Shown: positions 34,352 to 46,805 of the stretch, piece after piece
Position numbering within the stretch: position 1 is the first letter of the stretch
Layout: each line of letters starts with the position of its first letter
Notes under the pieces: model-generated
Seen by the model: only the letters and a program-made list of their open reading frames with translations
Told to the model about the DNA's origin: nothing
Database searches by the model: none
Translations under genes and position numbers: made by a program
Source: Bilabrum cf. latius
Taxonomy: Eukaryota
DNA: 64,000 bases
Direction of reading: 5' to 3'
Assembly (NCBI GenBank): GCA_965178125.1
Contig: OZ237738.1
Span: 1,488,001-1,552,000, forward strand

Positions 34352-37300
34352 TCAGAGCGCGGACGCCCTGAACCGCCTTTCCGCGGACCACCGCTTGTGC
34401 AGCGCCCGCAGCAGCCCCCTGGCCCCCCCATCGCCGGCCAGACCATCAAAGGCACCCTGCAGCTACGCAGGTCTGGCCTCATCCAGCAGCGCCAGCACGA
34501 AGGCCATGCAGTCCTCCGCAGCAGGGGTCACCCCAGCCAGCGCGATCTCCCCCTCACCCTTGACACCCTCTCCAGCCGATCTCCCAGACCGCCCAGACAC
34601 CCGGCTCAGCCCACGGAGCACTTGCACCAGCATGCACACCACGAGGGGACGAGCCCCTGACCTCAGGCTGGGAAGCGCCTCCACAAGCCGGGCCGCCCGC
34701 CCTGCGCACCACCTCCGGGCGGCCCCCTCGGCTCCCCCCAAGCCCCCCTTCCCACTCGCCAGCGCCTCGCATGAAGCAGGAGGCACCGCCACGGCCAGAG
34801 CGATGCGCCCGAGGAGGGAAGATAGGGCGGGAAAGGCGTCCGCTAGCAGCCTAGAGCGATGTCTGGCGGCCGCTCGACCCGCCTCCACCACCGCAGCCAG
34901 GCCCGCTGGACCCCATGCACCGCTCGAGGATGAGGTGCAGGAGGAGGACGAGGAGGACGAGGAGCATGTCGCATCCAGCACGCCCTCGGCTGCCTGCAGC
35001 GCGGCAGCCACATCGCGGGCCTCCATGGGCACCAGCGCCGGTCGCGCCAGGGCCACACCAGCCAGCTGGGCCTGCATCACGAAGCCAGCCGCCCGCATCG
35101 TAGGGAACACGCCGCCGGGCCACTCCCCGAGCGCCCTCGCGACAGCGGCGCACGCTGACGTGGCCGTGCTACCCAGGATGCGCCTCGTGCCAGCGTGCGC
35201 GCTCGAAGGGCCGCACGCAAGCAGGCACCGCACGAAAGCGATCGCGACCAGCACCCCGCTCGGCTCAAACGCCCCGCTCGAAGAACTCGAAGAAGCCGAG
35301 GACGCAGGTGTCCACTCCTGCTGCCCGCCAGCGGACCGGAGCGCCCCGAGCGCGGCAGTCAGGAGGCCGTCCACAGCGCGAGGAGACGCAGCGAGCACGC
35401 ACGTGCCCAGTGCCGCCTGCACCTTAGCGAGGGCCCTGCTGAGGGCCCCACCTCCAGGGCCCCCCGCCACTTTGCCCACCTCTGCTCGGCAGGCCGACAT
35501 CATCACCGGTCCCAACTTGGAGTCGAAGCCCGCGGGATCCGCAGGCGCAGTTGCCCCGGCACTGGCTGCCTCCGCGCTGTCCCCTGCCTTCTCTGCCCTT
35601 CTGAGGAGGTGTGCATGCGTGGCGCCACCCAGGATCGGACTCGCCCTGGCAAGCGCGAGGGCGAGCCTCGCCGGGCTGCCGGTGCTCGGCTGCGAGCTCA
35701 TGGCCTCGTCTGCCAGTTTGGCCACCAGTTGTTGCACGGGGGCAGTGCTCCGAGGTGGTGCTCCCTCGCTTCCAAAGGCATGCTCCATCTCGATCGCAGC
35801 CGCGCCGGCCAGCAGCTCCATGGAAACGGCCAGCTGGTCGCCGCTGATGCCCCCAGCTGCGGCTGAACTCGTGGCATCCGAAGCAGCTGCTGCCACTCCC
35901 TTGGCGAGAGAGGCATCCACCGCCAGGCAGTGAGCCACGGCATCCTCCGAGGCACCCAGACGGCCTCTCACCGGCAGCGCCCTACATGCACCCACTGCCT
36001 CATCCACGGGAAATGCTCCCTCCAGCACCTGCGAGGGGCCGCACAGCCGCTGCAAGGTCCACGGAGCGCAGGCGGAGGCCACCTGCAGCAGCACGCTGGG
36101 GCTGCGATCCGCGGCAAACTAGAATATGGAGCGAATCTCAGGCGCGGCTCGGGTGCCACCTCCCGACACCGAGGCAGCGATGGAGGCAGCCACCTGAGCC
36201 CCGCGGGGTCCCATGGCGATGGCGGCCCTGGCTGCAGCACAGAGGCTACCGTGCGCCTCGTGGATCCGGCTGCCCGCAGATGCACCGCACTGCAGCGCGC
36301 GAAGGACCCACAGCAGCAGCTCGAACCGGTTCTGGGCTTGCGTTGGCCCTGCTGCTGCTGGTGCGCCCGAAGCAGCGGGGTCAGTCGACGCGTGCCCCAA
36401 AGACGTAGCAGCTGCACACGCAAGTGCCGCTCCAGCGCGCAGCAGCAATGCCGCCTCCGCGGGAGAAGCATCCGCAAGCAGGGCCCCGGGGAGACGGAGA
36501 GCTCCATCGCTGTCGACGATGCTGGCCTGGGCGCCTGCGGACGCACCTCCAGCAACATCGCTGCTGCTGCTGCTGCTGCTGCCGGCATGAACCGCCACCG
36601 CGCCGATCTGCTCGCAAGCCAGCTCCAGCTCGGCAATGCATGCTTGCATAGCATCGCTGTCTGCGGGCGCACTCCCCGAGGCAAGGGTGCTGCAGGCATC
36701 GGCGGCACGAGAGACTGCGGATGATGCACTCGCGGGCGTCCGGGCTTTCTTGTCTTTCTTCTTGTCCTTGCCTTTCTTCTTGGCTGATTTCGGGGTCTTG
36801 CCGCCCGACTACGTGCTCCCGGGATCAGCCGAGCCGATTCTCGTTTCCTGCGTGCGGAGAGCTGTCTCGGTCACGGCCATGGCCCGACGCACGAGCGCTC
36901 GCCTCAGGAAGCCCCGCCGCACCACTGACTCGCAGGCAGCGGCCGATGCCTCCAGAGCGCCGTCTCCAGAGATGCCCGGAAGCCACGCCAGCTCGATCAG
37001 GCGATCGGCGCACACGCCCGCCACCTTCTCTGCCAAGGGCGACACGGACCTGCCAGCCGACACTGACCCTGCGCCACTGGACGGCCCGGAGGAAGCGCCT
37101 TCTCCCAGCCGGCACGCCGCCTCGAGCCCGTGCGCAGCAGCAGCTGCACCTAGCGCGGCGGTGGCGCCCTCGCCGCCTACTCCCGCGAGGTCAAGCAGCT
37201 CCACGACCGCCGCGGCAGGACCAGGGACCAGCCGCCCCCTGGCTTCCAGGAGCATCAGTCGAGCCTCCACGGCCGCCAGGCACGGGCCGCGAGGCGGGAC

Positions 37301-40300
37301 CCACCCTGCTTCCAAAGGACTGCTCTCGCCGCCACGCAGGCCCGCCCCGCGGACGACGTCCTTGAAAGCAACCGCAGGGGCGGATGCGCGGCCCCCGAGC
37401 AGCCACCAAAGGCTCTCGGGGTCCTCCCCTCGCGCCACGAGCCAGGCGCTCGAGGCGCGTGCCTGTTCAGCAACGGCTGTTGCGACTCCGCGGGCACCGC
37501 CTGACTGGGTGCCGGCAGCGGATGCTCTACTCTATGCTGCAGCTGCAGACAGCTCCACGCCGTCTGCCGCCGCTGCCAGAGCGTCGCCATCCTCCTCTTC
37601 CCCGTCGCTTCCACCGTCACTGTCGCTGTCTTCGGCATCCTCGTCCCCGTCTTCCATCGCAGCGCCGCTGTTTCCAGCCACCGCCGCGACGGCCACCACA
37701 GCCCCAGTGGCAGCGGTAGTCCCTGCAGCGGCTGCAAACAGGGCCAGCAGGCATCGCGACACTGCAACGCACTGCACACTGGCAGCGTCTCCGCCCTTCT
37801 GCAGCAGGCTGCCCTGGGCCTCGGCCAAGGGCTCGAGGCACGACCTCCGCAGCAGCCTGAGGCACCGACTAGCCGAGGCGCGGCCGGAGGAGCTCTGCGC
37901 GCCAAGGAGGGACAGCAGGCCCGTCTGCAGGGGCACCAGGGCTGCAAGCACGATGCAAGACACCTCGGCCGAGCCGGAGCTGCCGGAATCACCGCTTGTG
38001 GCAGACAGCAGCACCCTGCTTGCACGACCCAGCGCCACTGTGGTCAGCAGCGACATGGCCTCGACCTGCCCCAGCGGCGCCTCTCGTGCGCACTGGGACA
38101 GCTGGCGAGACAGCGAGGGGGACTCGAGTGCCGTTTGCAGCCTTCGAGCCGCCTAGCTCGCGCCCGGTTGTCCTCTCTCGGTGGCAGCCAGCGGAGCCTG
38201 CGCCACGGCCAGCAGCGCCCTCCATGCCCTGGGCAGCAGCCTCAGCCTCGCGAATGCCCTGACCGCTCGCACGATCGCTCCTGCCTGCGAGGCCTGGCTC
38301 TGGACGGCCTCTCCTGCCGCGCTGTGCCCGCTGGTACCCAGCAGCAGAGGGGCCAGCGCGGGCTCCAGGGCCGATTCCACCGCCGTGGTGGACACGTCGG
38401 CCGCAGCGGCCACTAGCTGCGCCAGTCCCTCCGCCAAGGCACGCTCTTCGCCGGTTGACGACGATCCCTAGGCTGCGCTCTTGGAGGCAGGAGCGGGGCA
38501 CAGAGCTGCCAGCTGCCTGTATCCCTCATCGGAGACCCACCGCGCCCGCAGTGCCTGGGCCGCGATGGCCCCCGCAAAGGCCCTCACCTCCGCTGGGAGG
38601 CTGGCGGGGTCCAGCAGCGTCTGGTCCCGTCCCCACCATGACGACGACGACGACGACGCACCCCCTTCCGGTCCGCCAGAGCCAGCCTCCTCCTGCCCCG
38701 CTGCCCTGGCAGATTCCACGGACGCCCTCACAACGAACCGAAGCATGCACTGCTGCGGGTAGGGGGCGCGCTCCGCTTCCGGAAGGTACACTGCGAACTC
38801 CCTGGCCAATGCAAGCAGCCCAGCCACGCATGAGAGGGAGGCAGCCTCCGGGGCACTGCCGCCCTCAGCTCCGGCTGTGCCACCGGCACCCTTGCCCTCC
38901 TTTCTGGCCCTCTTCTTGGACCGGCCTGCTCGTCCCGATGCGGTGCCGGTCGAAGCGCCGGATCCGCCGACTCCCGACCCATCAGCGGCGCCAAGCAGCA
39001 GCAGCTCCTCCTCCGCCTCCTCCGACAGCCGCACGCCCGCCCTCTCGTTGGCAGCCTCATTGGCCCTGTGCAGGATCCAAGGGGCGGCCAGAGCGAGGAA
39101 CTCTGCCACCAGCCCGAGCCCTGGGCCTGGGTTGAGCTTCCTGAGCCCCAGTGCCCTGGCCACCGCGGCTGCTCCGTCCCTCTTGCCCTTGGACCCTGCT
39201 GAGGAGGACAGCGACTAGGAAGACGGAGCCGGGCCGGCAAGATCAGACCGTCCCAGTGAGCCTGCCGCCGCCGCTGCCTGCAGCACCTCTCTCGCCAGCC
39301 GAGGCAGCATGCGGAGGGCCTGTGCGGGCGCCGGCTGCAGCAGCTCCATGGGGCCGAGGAAGGCTCCGTCCTGGGTGACAACTGCTGCGTCTGCCTGCGT
39401 CGATGACGAGGCAGCGCCCTTCTTGGCCTTCTTTGATTTCTTCTCCTTCTTCTTTTTCTTGCCATTCTCGGCTTCAGGCCCTGGTGCACCGGCCAGCAGA
39501 CCGTGCTTGCTGGCCGATGCTACCGCGCTCTCGTAGGCCCGCTGCACGGCGGAGGGCACCCCCCCTCCTCCTCCTCCTCCTCCTACCACCAGCTCCCTCA
39601 GGGCATCCAGGGCGACGTGCACGAACGGCCTGTGCCTCAGCGCATCCACATCTACCGGCCTGCTGCTACTACTGCCACCTGTCCCGCTGCTGCTGGAGCC
39701 CTGCAGCTCTGCCCTCCCACGCTTGCGGCCCGCTCTGCTAGGCTTCTTGTCGCCCGTGTCTGTCCCCTTCTCCGGTCTCGATTCCTGCCTGCCGTGCTCT
39801 GCCGCCACCGCCAGCTGCCACAGCGCAGTGGACCGCACCCCGGGCGCTCTCCATGCCTCCACACAGTCTGCCCTGAGCAGAAGGGCCCGGATGAGGTCCC
39901 AGCCCGCTGCCTGGAGGCCCCTCCACTGGGTCTGGAGCACGGGCGGGGCAGCTGTGGAGGTCGGGGGGGAGGAGGCAGCCAGCTGGGCTGCGGCAGGTGC
40001 CAGACCGTCCCGATTGCCGACTCGATCCGCGCACAGGGCCAGCAGCATGTGCACCAGTCCACTCTCGCACGCCCTTCTCACACCCGACCTCCCGCTCGAG
40101 GCAGAGCGGCATCCTCTCGCGGCTGCAGAGAGCGCGGCCCGCACAACAGCCACCAGGGGGCAGCGCCCAGTGCCCGTCGAGGCAGCCTCTCCCTTCCTAA
40201 TCCACTGTAGCGCAGGCGCTTGGGCGAGCAGGAGCGATCTCAGAAGCCTGGAGGAGAGCCAGAGGGCAGCGGCGGCGGGCATTGGAGGCCGGCGGCGGGA

Positions 40301-40875
40301 CGGGCCGTGCTGCGATGCCGATGCGCTTGAGACTACCGCAGCGCTGCGAGGCTCGTACAGAATCTTTGTGGTATTTTCGGCCATCCACAAGCATGCCGCT
40401 ACAAGGGCACCGACGCGCGAATCGTCAGAGCTGGTGGTACCTTGCTAGGAAGCAAACGCTGCTCGAATACACCAGCCCACAGTTCCATTCAGAGCCTGCA
40501 ATCCGGGTCACAAAGTTGGAAAAATAAAATTCACAGTAGGCATCCACAAGGTTAAATTGTTGCAGGGCTACAGGTCAGCCTGTATCTTACTTCGGCTACA
40601 ACAGTTGCAGCTTGCGACGAGCTCTCCACTAGAGCTCCTGGACGGCAAACCAACGTTCGGACTGCCCTCCACCTGTCTACCACCGAAACGTCTAACTCCT
40701 TCCCTGACTCTGTGGAGGAAGCGCTCGCAATTGCGATGTCTTTGAATGACTTCTGGATGCTGTGAGTAAGGAGGAACACCCAAGTGCAACAAGCGATGGT
40801 GAAAGCAACAGAAGGTCTGAGTGAGAGTCGTATCAGGCACCGCCCTTACACTTCGTCTAATACAGACGATGACAT
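34352..40875 (-). CDS. URB2: URB2/Npa2-like ribosome biogenesis protein (~2112 aa); exons 40875-40850, 40759-40591, 40495-34352
   Basis: Seven ORF pieces share one frame, joined by 8 TAGs (40445, 39215, 38468, 38153, 37532, 36809, 36119, 34463). C-terminus LLDEARPA[TAG]LQGAFDGL...GARGLLRALHKRWSAERRFRA fits the Urb2 C-terminal domain. Two GTAAG...CAG introns. Ends TGA. Confidence 0.65.
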
Positions 40876-41173
40876 GGCGACAGTTCAGTTCGCGAGCTGT
40901 GGCCGTGCGAATACCGCAGTTTCTGTTGGCTCGAGGGGGTTGCCAATGTGACAAGTGCGTTGCATGATCCGGGGATGGCGGGCCAATCATGATGGTGGAC
41001 CACTGCACTGTGCGCTGGCATGAATGATTGTCTAGTGTTGGTTGATGGCTGCAACTGCATACACGAGCGCAGTGTGCGGAGTGGGGTCGTGCTTGAAAGC
41101 CTCATGCGCTTTACCTGATCTCACCACAGGTCAAGCAACGGTGCCAGCAGTTGACCAAAGCACCAACACAGTG

Positions 41174-42539
41174 TCACACGTCATCGTCCTCAGCAGCAGT
41201 AGCTGCGCCACTGCCACTGCCCCCCGGAGCCGCTGCTTCTCCATCGGCACCAGCGCCGGCACCAGGTGCTGCGTCATCCGCTGCCCCCGCCCCTGCCCCA
41301 GCCCCATCGCCTTTCCCCGCAGTGCCCCCGCCACTCCCACCAGCCGCGGCCCCCGCCCCGCCCCCCGCCTGCCCCTCGGGATGTGCCGCATTGCTGGCCG
41401 CCAGCCACGCGTTGTTCCTCCTGCTGATGATCGCCTTCGCCTCCTCGATCTAGGAGAGAGGCAGCAATTTGTCCGGCCAGTACTCCTCCTCGTCGCACAG
41501 ATACAGCAGCTCCGACAAGCATGAGATCGGGTCATCGCCGCCTTCCTTCAGGGCGAGATGCACGGGCTCGTCTTCGTGTAAGAAGCAAGCGATGTCGGTG
41601 GCCGTCTCGCCGTCCTCGTTTGCCAAGGTGGGGTCAGCCCCAGCCATGAGGTATTCAGCCACCAGCTGAACAGTGTTCAGTCCGGCCGAACACATGAGCG
41701 CAGTTCGGCCGTCCTGCAGTGCCATGGGAAAGAAGTACAGGCCGAGCAGCTCATATTGTGGCTCAGTGTATAAGCTGACAAATTGACTGCAAGTCTCACT
41801 TCGTCCTATACATTGAAGTCAGCACCGCGTTTCCTCAGCAATCGAATGCAGCTAAGGCTGCACTGCTCCGCTGCAAGTATAACAGGTGTCTTTCCGTGCT
41901 GCACCGCCGAGGGGAAGGCGTACAAGACTATGCCTCGTGGTATGGGACATATGGCAATGACCCTGCTGCAGGAATAGCTCTCACTTTGTCTTGCGCGTTG
42001 CAGTCGGAGCCGGCTTCGATGAGCATCTCAAACAGGTGCACGTGCACGCGTTTTGTAGCTAGATGGATGGGCAGCTCGCCATACTGCGTGCATCACTCGG
42101 CTGATAAAACCATGGCAATGTCATTATTCAGTTTTCGGACGTGCGTGGTGCCAACCAGCGTACCACTGCGAAGACTTACAGCATTGGGTGCGTTCACGTC
42201 AGCCCCTGCCTGCAGCAAGCACTTCAAGAAATCCACATGCTCCCTTTTATGAAGACAGCACAAATGCAACGCAGTGTGCCCCGAAGGATTCTGTGGCGGG
42301 AGAGGAAGGGAGACCGGCGTCTTGGTAGAGCAGGTGCCAGCAACTCAAACACGGAGCATTGGATTGTGTTGGCAATGAGCAGCTAGCATCGAACCTCGCG
42401 AGTTTATGACTCATGATGTGCTTCTTACTTGTAGCCCAGCTGATAGTTCCTCTGCTCCTATCGAGCCACTTGCGAGGCGGCCTTGCAGCTCCTTCGTTCG
42501 ACATTCCTTGGCAATCTCGTACAAAGTCTTGGCTTCCAT
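41174..42539 (-). CDS. Ankyrin-repeat protein, copy A (~319 aa); exons 42539-42429, 42290-42180, 42083-41985, 41898-41800, 41713-41174
   Basis: GHTALHLCC, GELPIHLA, GKTPVILAA, GRTALM and GADVN/GADP motifs. Phase-0 GT-AG introns. TAGs at 41806 and 41450. Ends TGA. Confidence 0.88.
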
Positions 42540-42893
42540 GGTACGTCTCGGCGTCCCGTAGCTTTCAGCAATAATCTGCGCATTTGAGCGGCAAGTAGGC
42601 TGATCTGCAAGCATGAAGGCGACTGTCGCGAGCAGTAGTGGTCGGGCAGTCGAGAGCAGTCGCCCACGCATTGCGCGCGATGGCCTCACATCAGCGGCAC
42701 AGCGAGGCCGTAGAAGAGTGCAAGAATAGCCGCGTTTGGGAGGGTAAACGTGAACTAGGGCTATGTTGCGCAGGAGGGGAGGTGATCAATTTCCAGTAAC
42801 CGGCGGGTTCTGCAGCCACCGGCAGTGATGAGTGGACGTGGCAGATCAAGCCACACTGCACATAAAACCCAGACTACATTGCGGTCAAGGAAA

Positions 42894-44535
42894 ATGAAGG
42901 GAAATTGTATTGCACTTGTGCTTGTCGTTGGAGCTCTGGCTTGCGTGTCCTTGATAATCACTCATTCAGGCCAGCAGGTGCTCCAAGCGGGCGGTGCTCG
43001 TGGCGGCGCTACCAGAGTCTCGCGATTCAGGTCTCCTGGGCATGTCAGCCTGCCATCAGCCAACATGGACGCTTTCGATCAACAATCGGCTATGAATGAG
43101 ACAATTCCTGGCGAAAAAGTACAGTCAAAGCAGCAGGACATGCCAAGATTCGCCTCAGTCGCGGTCCCCTCGTTGACGCGGCCTCTCGCCCTCATCCACG
43201 GGATTAGCATGGCCAGACGCAACGCAAGGTGCGTTGACGGAAAGTTCAAGTGGGCAAGTGCCTGGGGAAACAACTGCGACCGCTTCAGAAAGGAGGGCGA
43301 GCCAGCATGCATCGCGGCAGCAGCCCAAAGCCTGCTGGCTGGCGTCGACGATGCCGGGATCTCGAGCGCTGGCGCGACTGACCGCGAAAAAGGATCCAAC
43401 GCAGCGGACGCCATTAACGAATTCTTCCAGGAGCCTGGTTTGATTCTCTGCCACCTGCATGTCGGCGACGATCTGCCTGCAGCAGTGGAGCAGCTGGCGG
43501 TCGCTCTCTACCCGGCGAATCTCGGCACGTCGAGGGCTGATTCCTCGCAGGTTTCAACGCGTACAGCGATGCGTACGGCACCCGCAACGATTACTACGAC
43601 TTCCTCGTTGGCCTCCCCGAAGAAGAGGATGACGCAACTCTTCTCTACTACAGGAGCCGCGCCAGCGATTTCCTTGGCAAGACACCACTGGAGGTTGCGA
43701 CCACCTTCCAGACCCACGGCGAGGATGTTGCCGGGCTCGTGTCCGCGTATCAGCAGGCAAAGTTCGTGCCTGGGGATGCACAGGTCATCGTGGACGACTT
43801 TCGGGAGAAGCTCACGGCTTGCTTGGACGCTCTGCCGATGAATGGGTCTCGCTACAGTGTAGTTGGCGATTGGATCAACGTCACGTCAGCCGGACTCAAC
43901 ACAATCAATATCGTCAAGTTGCAGCCCGCTAATAAACTTCATATGACGATCAAGCCGGCAACGTCGACGTAGGACTCCGTTTACCTTCACCATCTGGCCA
44001 GCCTGAACGAGACAGTCGTGCAACACTTCCGCGGCCCGGTTTGCGCTGCTCAGGAAGAAGTCATTGGGGTCCGCATGTCTGTTATGTCATCGCTTGAAGC
44101 AATTCGCGGCTCTACTGAATTCGGCAATTGGGCCGCACTTCGAATGCAAGCAGACAACGAGACCGGTCGCTACTTGCATGACGTCGAGCTGCACGCTTCG
44201 CTGATGCAGCGTCAGGTAGTGCGTCCAGCTCCAGAGATGGATCCAATACGGTTGGCGTGGACCGATCCGCGCATGGCTCCGCTAAAACGGTGTTTTCATG
44301 AGTGGCACGAGCACGCGCACGAAACGCTCGCAGAAGCAGGGCTCCACCTCCCTCTTGCGATGTCACGGCGTCACATGTCTGTACTGGCAAAATAGAGCGG
44401 AATAACATCTTGCCTAAGATATCTGATGAAGCCATCAAGAGGCACGTGCGCCGTATGGGGGCAGTCCTTGGACAAATCAATGGGTTCTGTGCGGCTCAAA
44501 CTGCAGCGCATGTCTGTGTCTTTCGCCGCGGCTGA
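42894..44535 (+). CDS. Type II membrane/secreted protein of unknown family, copy A; frameshifted near the 3' end (possible pseudogene)
   Basis: Signal anchor MKGNCIALVLVVGALACVSLII. Frame switch at ~43550, TAG 43970, 11-nt insertion at ~44363-44373 relative to copy B. The homologous C-terminus ends at TGA 44533-44535. Confidence 0.65.
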
Positions 44536-44705
44536 AGGTAAATTCCAGCAAATGTGCTGAAAGGAATACGTTTTTGTAGTCCTGATGCTGAGTGTTCCAG
44601 AAATTACTTGCTTCATCATTGAGTTCCACAAGGATTCGCGCATGCACCGAAGCTTCAAGTTCACTTCCTCTGCTTCTTCTTTCCCTTCCCTTTCTTCCCG
44701 CCCCC

Positions 44706-44807
44706 GAACACCCAAGTGCAACAAGCGATGGTGAAAGCAACAGAAGGTCTGAGTGAGATTCGTATCAGGCACCGCCCTTACACTTCGTCTAATACAGACG
44801 ATGACAT
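44706..44807 (-). pseudogene. Orphan copy of URB2 exon 1 and partial intron 1
   Basis: ATG TCA TCG TCT GTA TTA GAC GAA GT|GTAAGG identical to 40875-40844, truncated at the duplication junction before the acceptor. Confidence 0.7.
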
Positions 44808-45097
44808 GGCGACAGTTCAGTTCGCGAGCTGTGGCCGTGCGAATACCGCAGTTTCTGTTGGCTCGAGGGGGTTGCCAATGTGACAAGTGCGTTGCATGAT
44901 GGCGGGCCAATCATGATGGTGGGCCACTGCACTGTGCACTGGCATGAATGATTGTCTAGTGTTGGTTGATGGCTGCAACTGCATACACGAGCGCAGTGTG
45001 CGGAGTGGGGTCGTGCTTGAAAGCCTCATGCGTTTCACCTGACCTCACCACAGATCAAGCAATGGTGCCAGCAGTTGACCAAAGCACCGACACAGTG

Positions 45098-46429
45098 TCA
45101 CACGTCATCGTCCTCAGCAGCAGTAGCTGCGCCACTTCCACTGCCCCCCGGAGCCGCTGCCTCTCCATCGGCACCAGCGCCGGCACCAGGTGCTGCGTCA
45201 TCCGCTGCCCCTGCCCCTGCCCCAGCCCCATCGCCTTTCCCCGCAGTGCCCCCGCCACTCCCACCAGCCGCGGCCCCCGCCCCGCCCCCCGCCTGCCCCT
45301 CGGGATGCGCCGCATTGCTGGCCGCCAGCCACGCGTTGTTCCTCCTGCTGATGATCGCCTTCGCCTCCTCGATCTAGGAGAGCGGCAGCAATTTGTCCGG
45401 CCAGTACTCCTCCTCGTCGCACAGATACAGCAGCTCCGACAGGCATGAGATCGGGTCATCGCCGCCTTCCTTCAGGGCGAGATGCATCGGCCCGCTTTCG
45501 TCCATTTCACACGCGATATCCTTGGCCGTCTCGCCATCTTCATTCCTGGCGCAGGGGTCAGCCCCAGCCATGAGGCACTCAGCAAAGAGCCAGGCGTGCG
45601 CTAGGCTGCTAGTTCGCATGAGCGGAGTTTGCTTGTCCTGCGGTGTCAGCCTGCTCTAGACCAGCGGCAGTGCGAATTGGACTTTACGAAGCCGTAGGAT
45701 GACGAGGCGTATGCAAGCTTACTTTATTCGGTATGTTGAAATCAGCGCCGCGCCTTCTCAGCAATTGAATGCACCCAACAGCTCGAGCGGCAATGGCACG
45801 AGATACAGGCGTCATCCCAGACTGCACGGTCCAGTAGGCATCGGGAAAAAGTGGACAGATAAGCATATTTGGCTGGTTTCCCCTGCAACAGCAACAGCTC
45901 TCACTCTGTCTTGCGCGTTAAGATCAGACCCAGCATCGATGAGAAGCTCAAGCAGATGCTCGTGTCTATGTTTAGCAGCCAAGTGAATTGGCAACTCGCC
46001 TCGCTGCGTGAGGAAATTTTGCCAAATTCTTGCAACTAAAGTGTTGCCAGCAGTTTGATTGCACCGCAGTCACATAGCGTAGACTTACAGAGTTTGTCAC
46101 ATTCACGTCAGCTCCTGCCTCAAGCAAGCACTTCAAGAAATCGGCGTATTCCTTAATGTGCATGCAGCACAAGTGCACGGCAGTATTGCCCAGTTCGTTC
46201 TGCGGCGAGCGAGGAAACAAGACCGCCCTGTCAGGTTCTTTATGGGCCTTAGGATTACAATACTCTGCAAGCTACCAGAAGTTAGCACCGTAAGTCGTGA
46301 GCATGCATGAAATCTTACGTCCAGCCTCTTTGATAAATCATCTGCTGCAATCGAGCCGCTTGCTAGGCGGCCTTGAAGCTCCTTCGTTTGGCATTGATTC
46401 GCGATCTCATATAAGGTTTTGGCTTCCAT
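45098..46429 (-). CDS. Ankyrin-repeat protein, copy B (5 exons)
   Basis: MEAKTLYEIA start. Repeats GNTAVHLCC, RGELPIHLAAK...NAQDR, SGMTPVSRA...GADFN. Same intron positions as copy A. TAG 45374, TGA 45098. Confidence 0.88.
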
Positions 46430-46805
46430 CGCAGTCTTTGGCAACCGAGTAAGCTTGAACTGCGCTGTCATGCAAGGAACGGACTTTGTTGCCAATCTAG
46501 GCTCCAGCCTGTGATAATACGCAAGACCTCGTCGGGCAACCATTCGAATGCTATTGGCGCACAGCTGCAGTACTGTTTAGTGTTTAGCTTACAGTACAGA
46601 GAGGCAGGCGCTTTGCAGAGTAGACGAATTATTCTGAATTTGCAACGATTAATTCAAATCGGACGAGTAACACGCGTGTAATGGTGCGAACACAGTGTCC
46701 AGAAACTGGTACATGCGACATCCATGGATGATGGAGTGACCGTGCGAGCCAGTGCGGATGACAGCCCGTTTCGGCTAGAGTCAGGCTTGTACCAGACAAA
46801 GGGAA

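Larger units (their letters stand above)
40774..44705. repeat. Tandem segmental duplication, copy A (~3.9 kb)
   Basis: GAACACCCAAGTGCAAC... at 40774 recurs at 44706. Same gene content and order as 44706-48689. Confidence 0.92.

Noticed and set aside
43430-43480. Calling the duplicated membrane protein a fucosyltransferase from LCHLHVGD
   Set aside because: Only loosely resembles the HxRxGD motif, lacks the Arg and may lie in an intron. Insufficient for a call.
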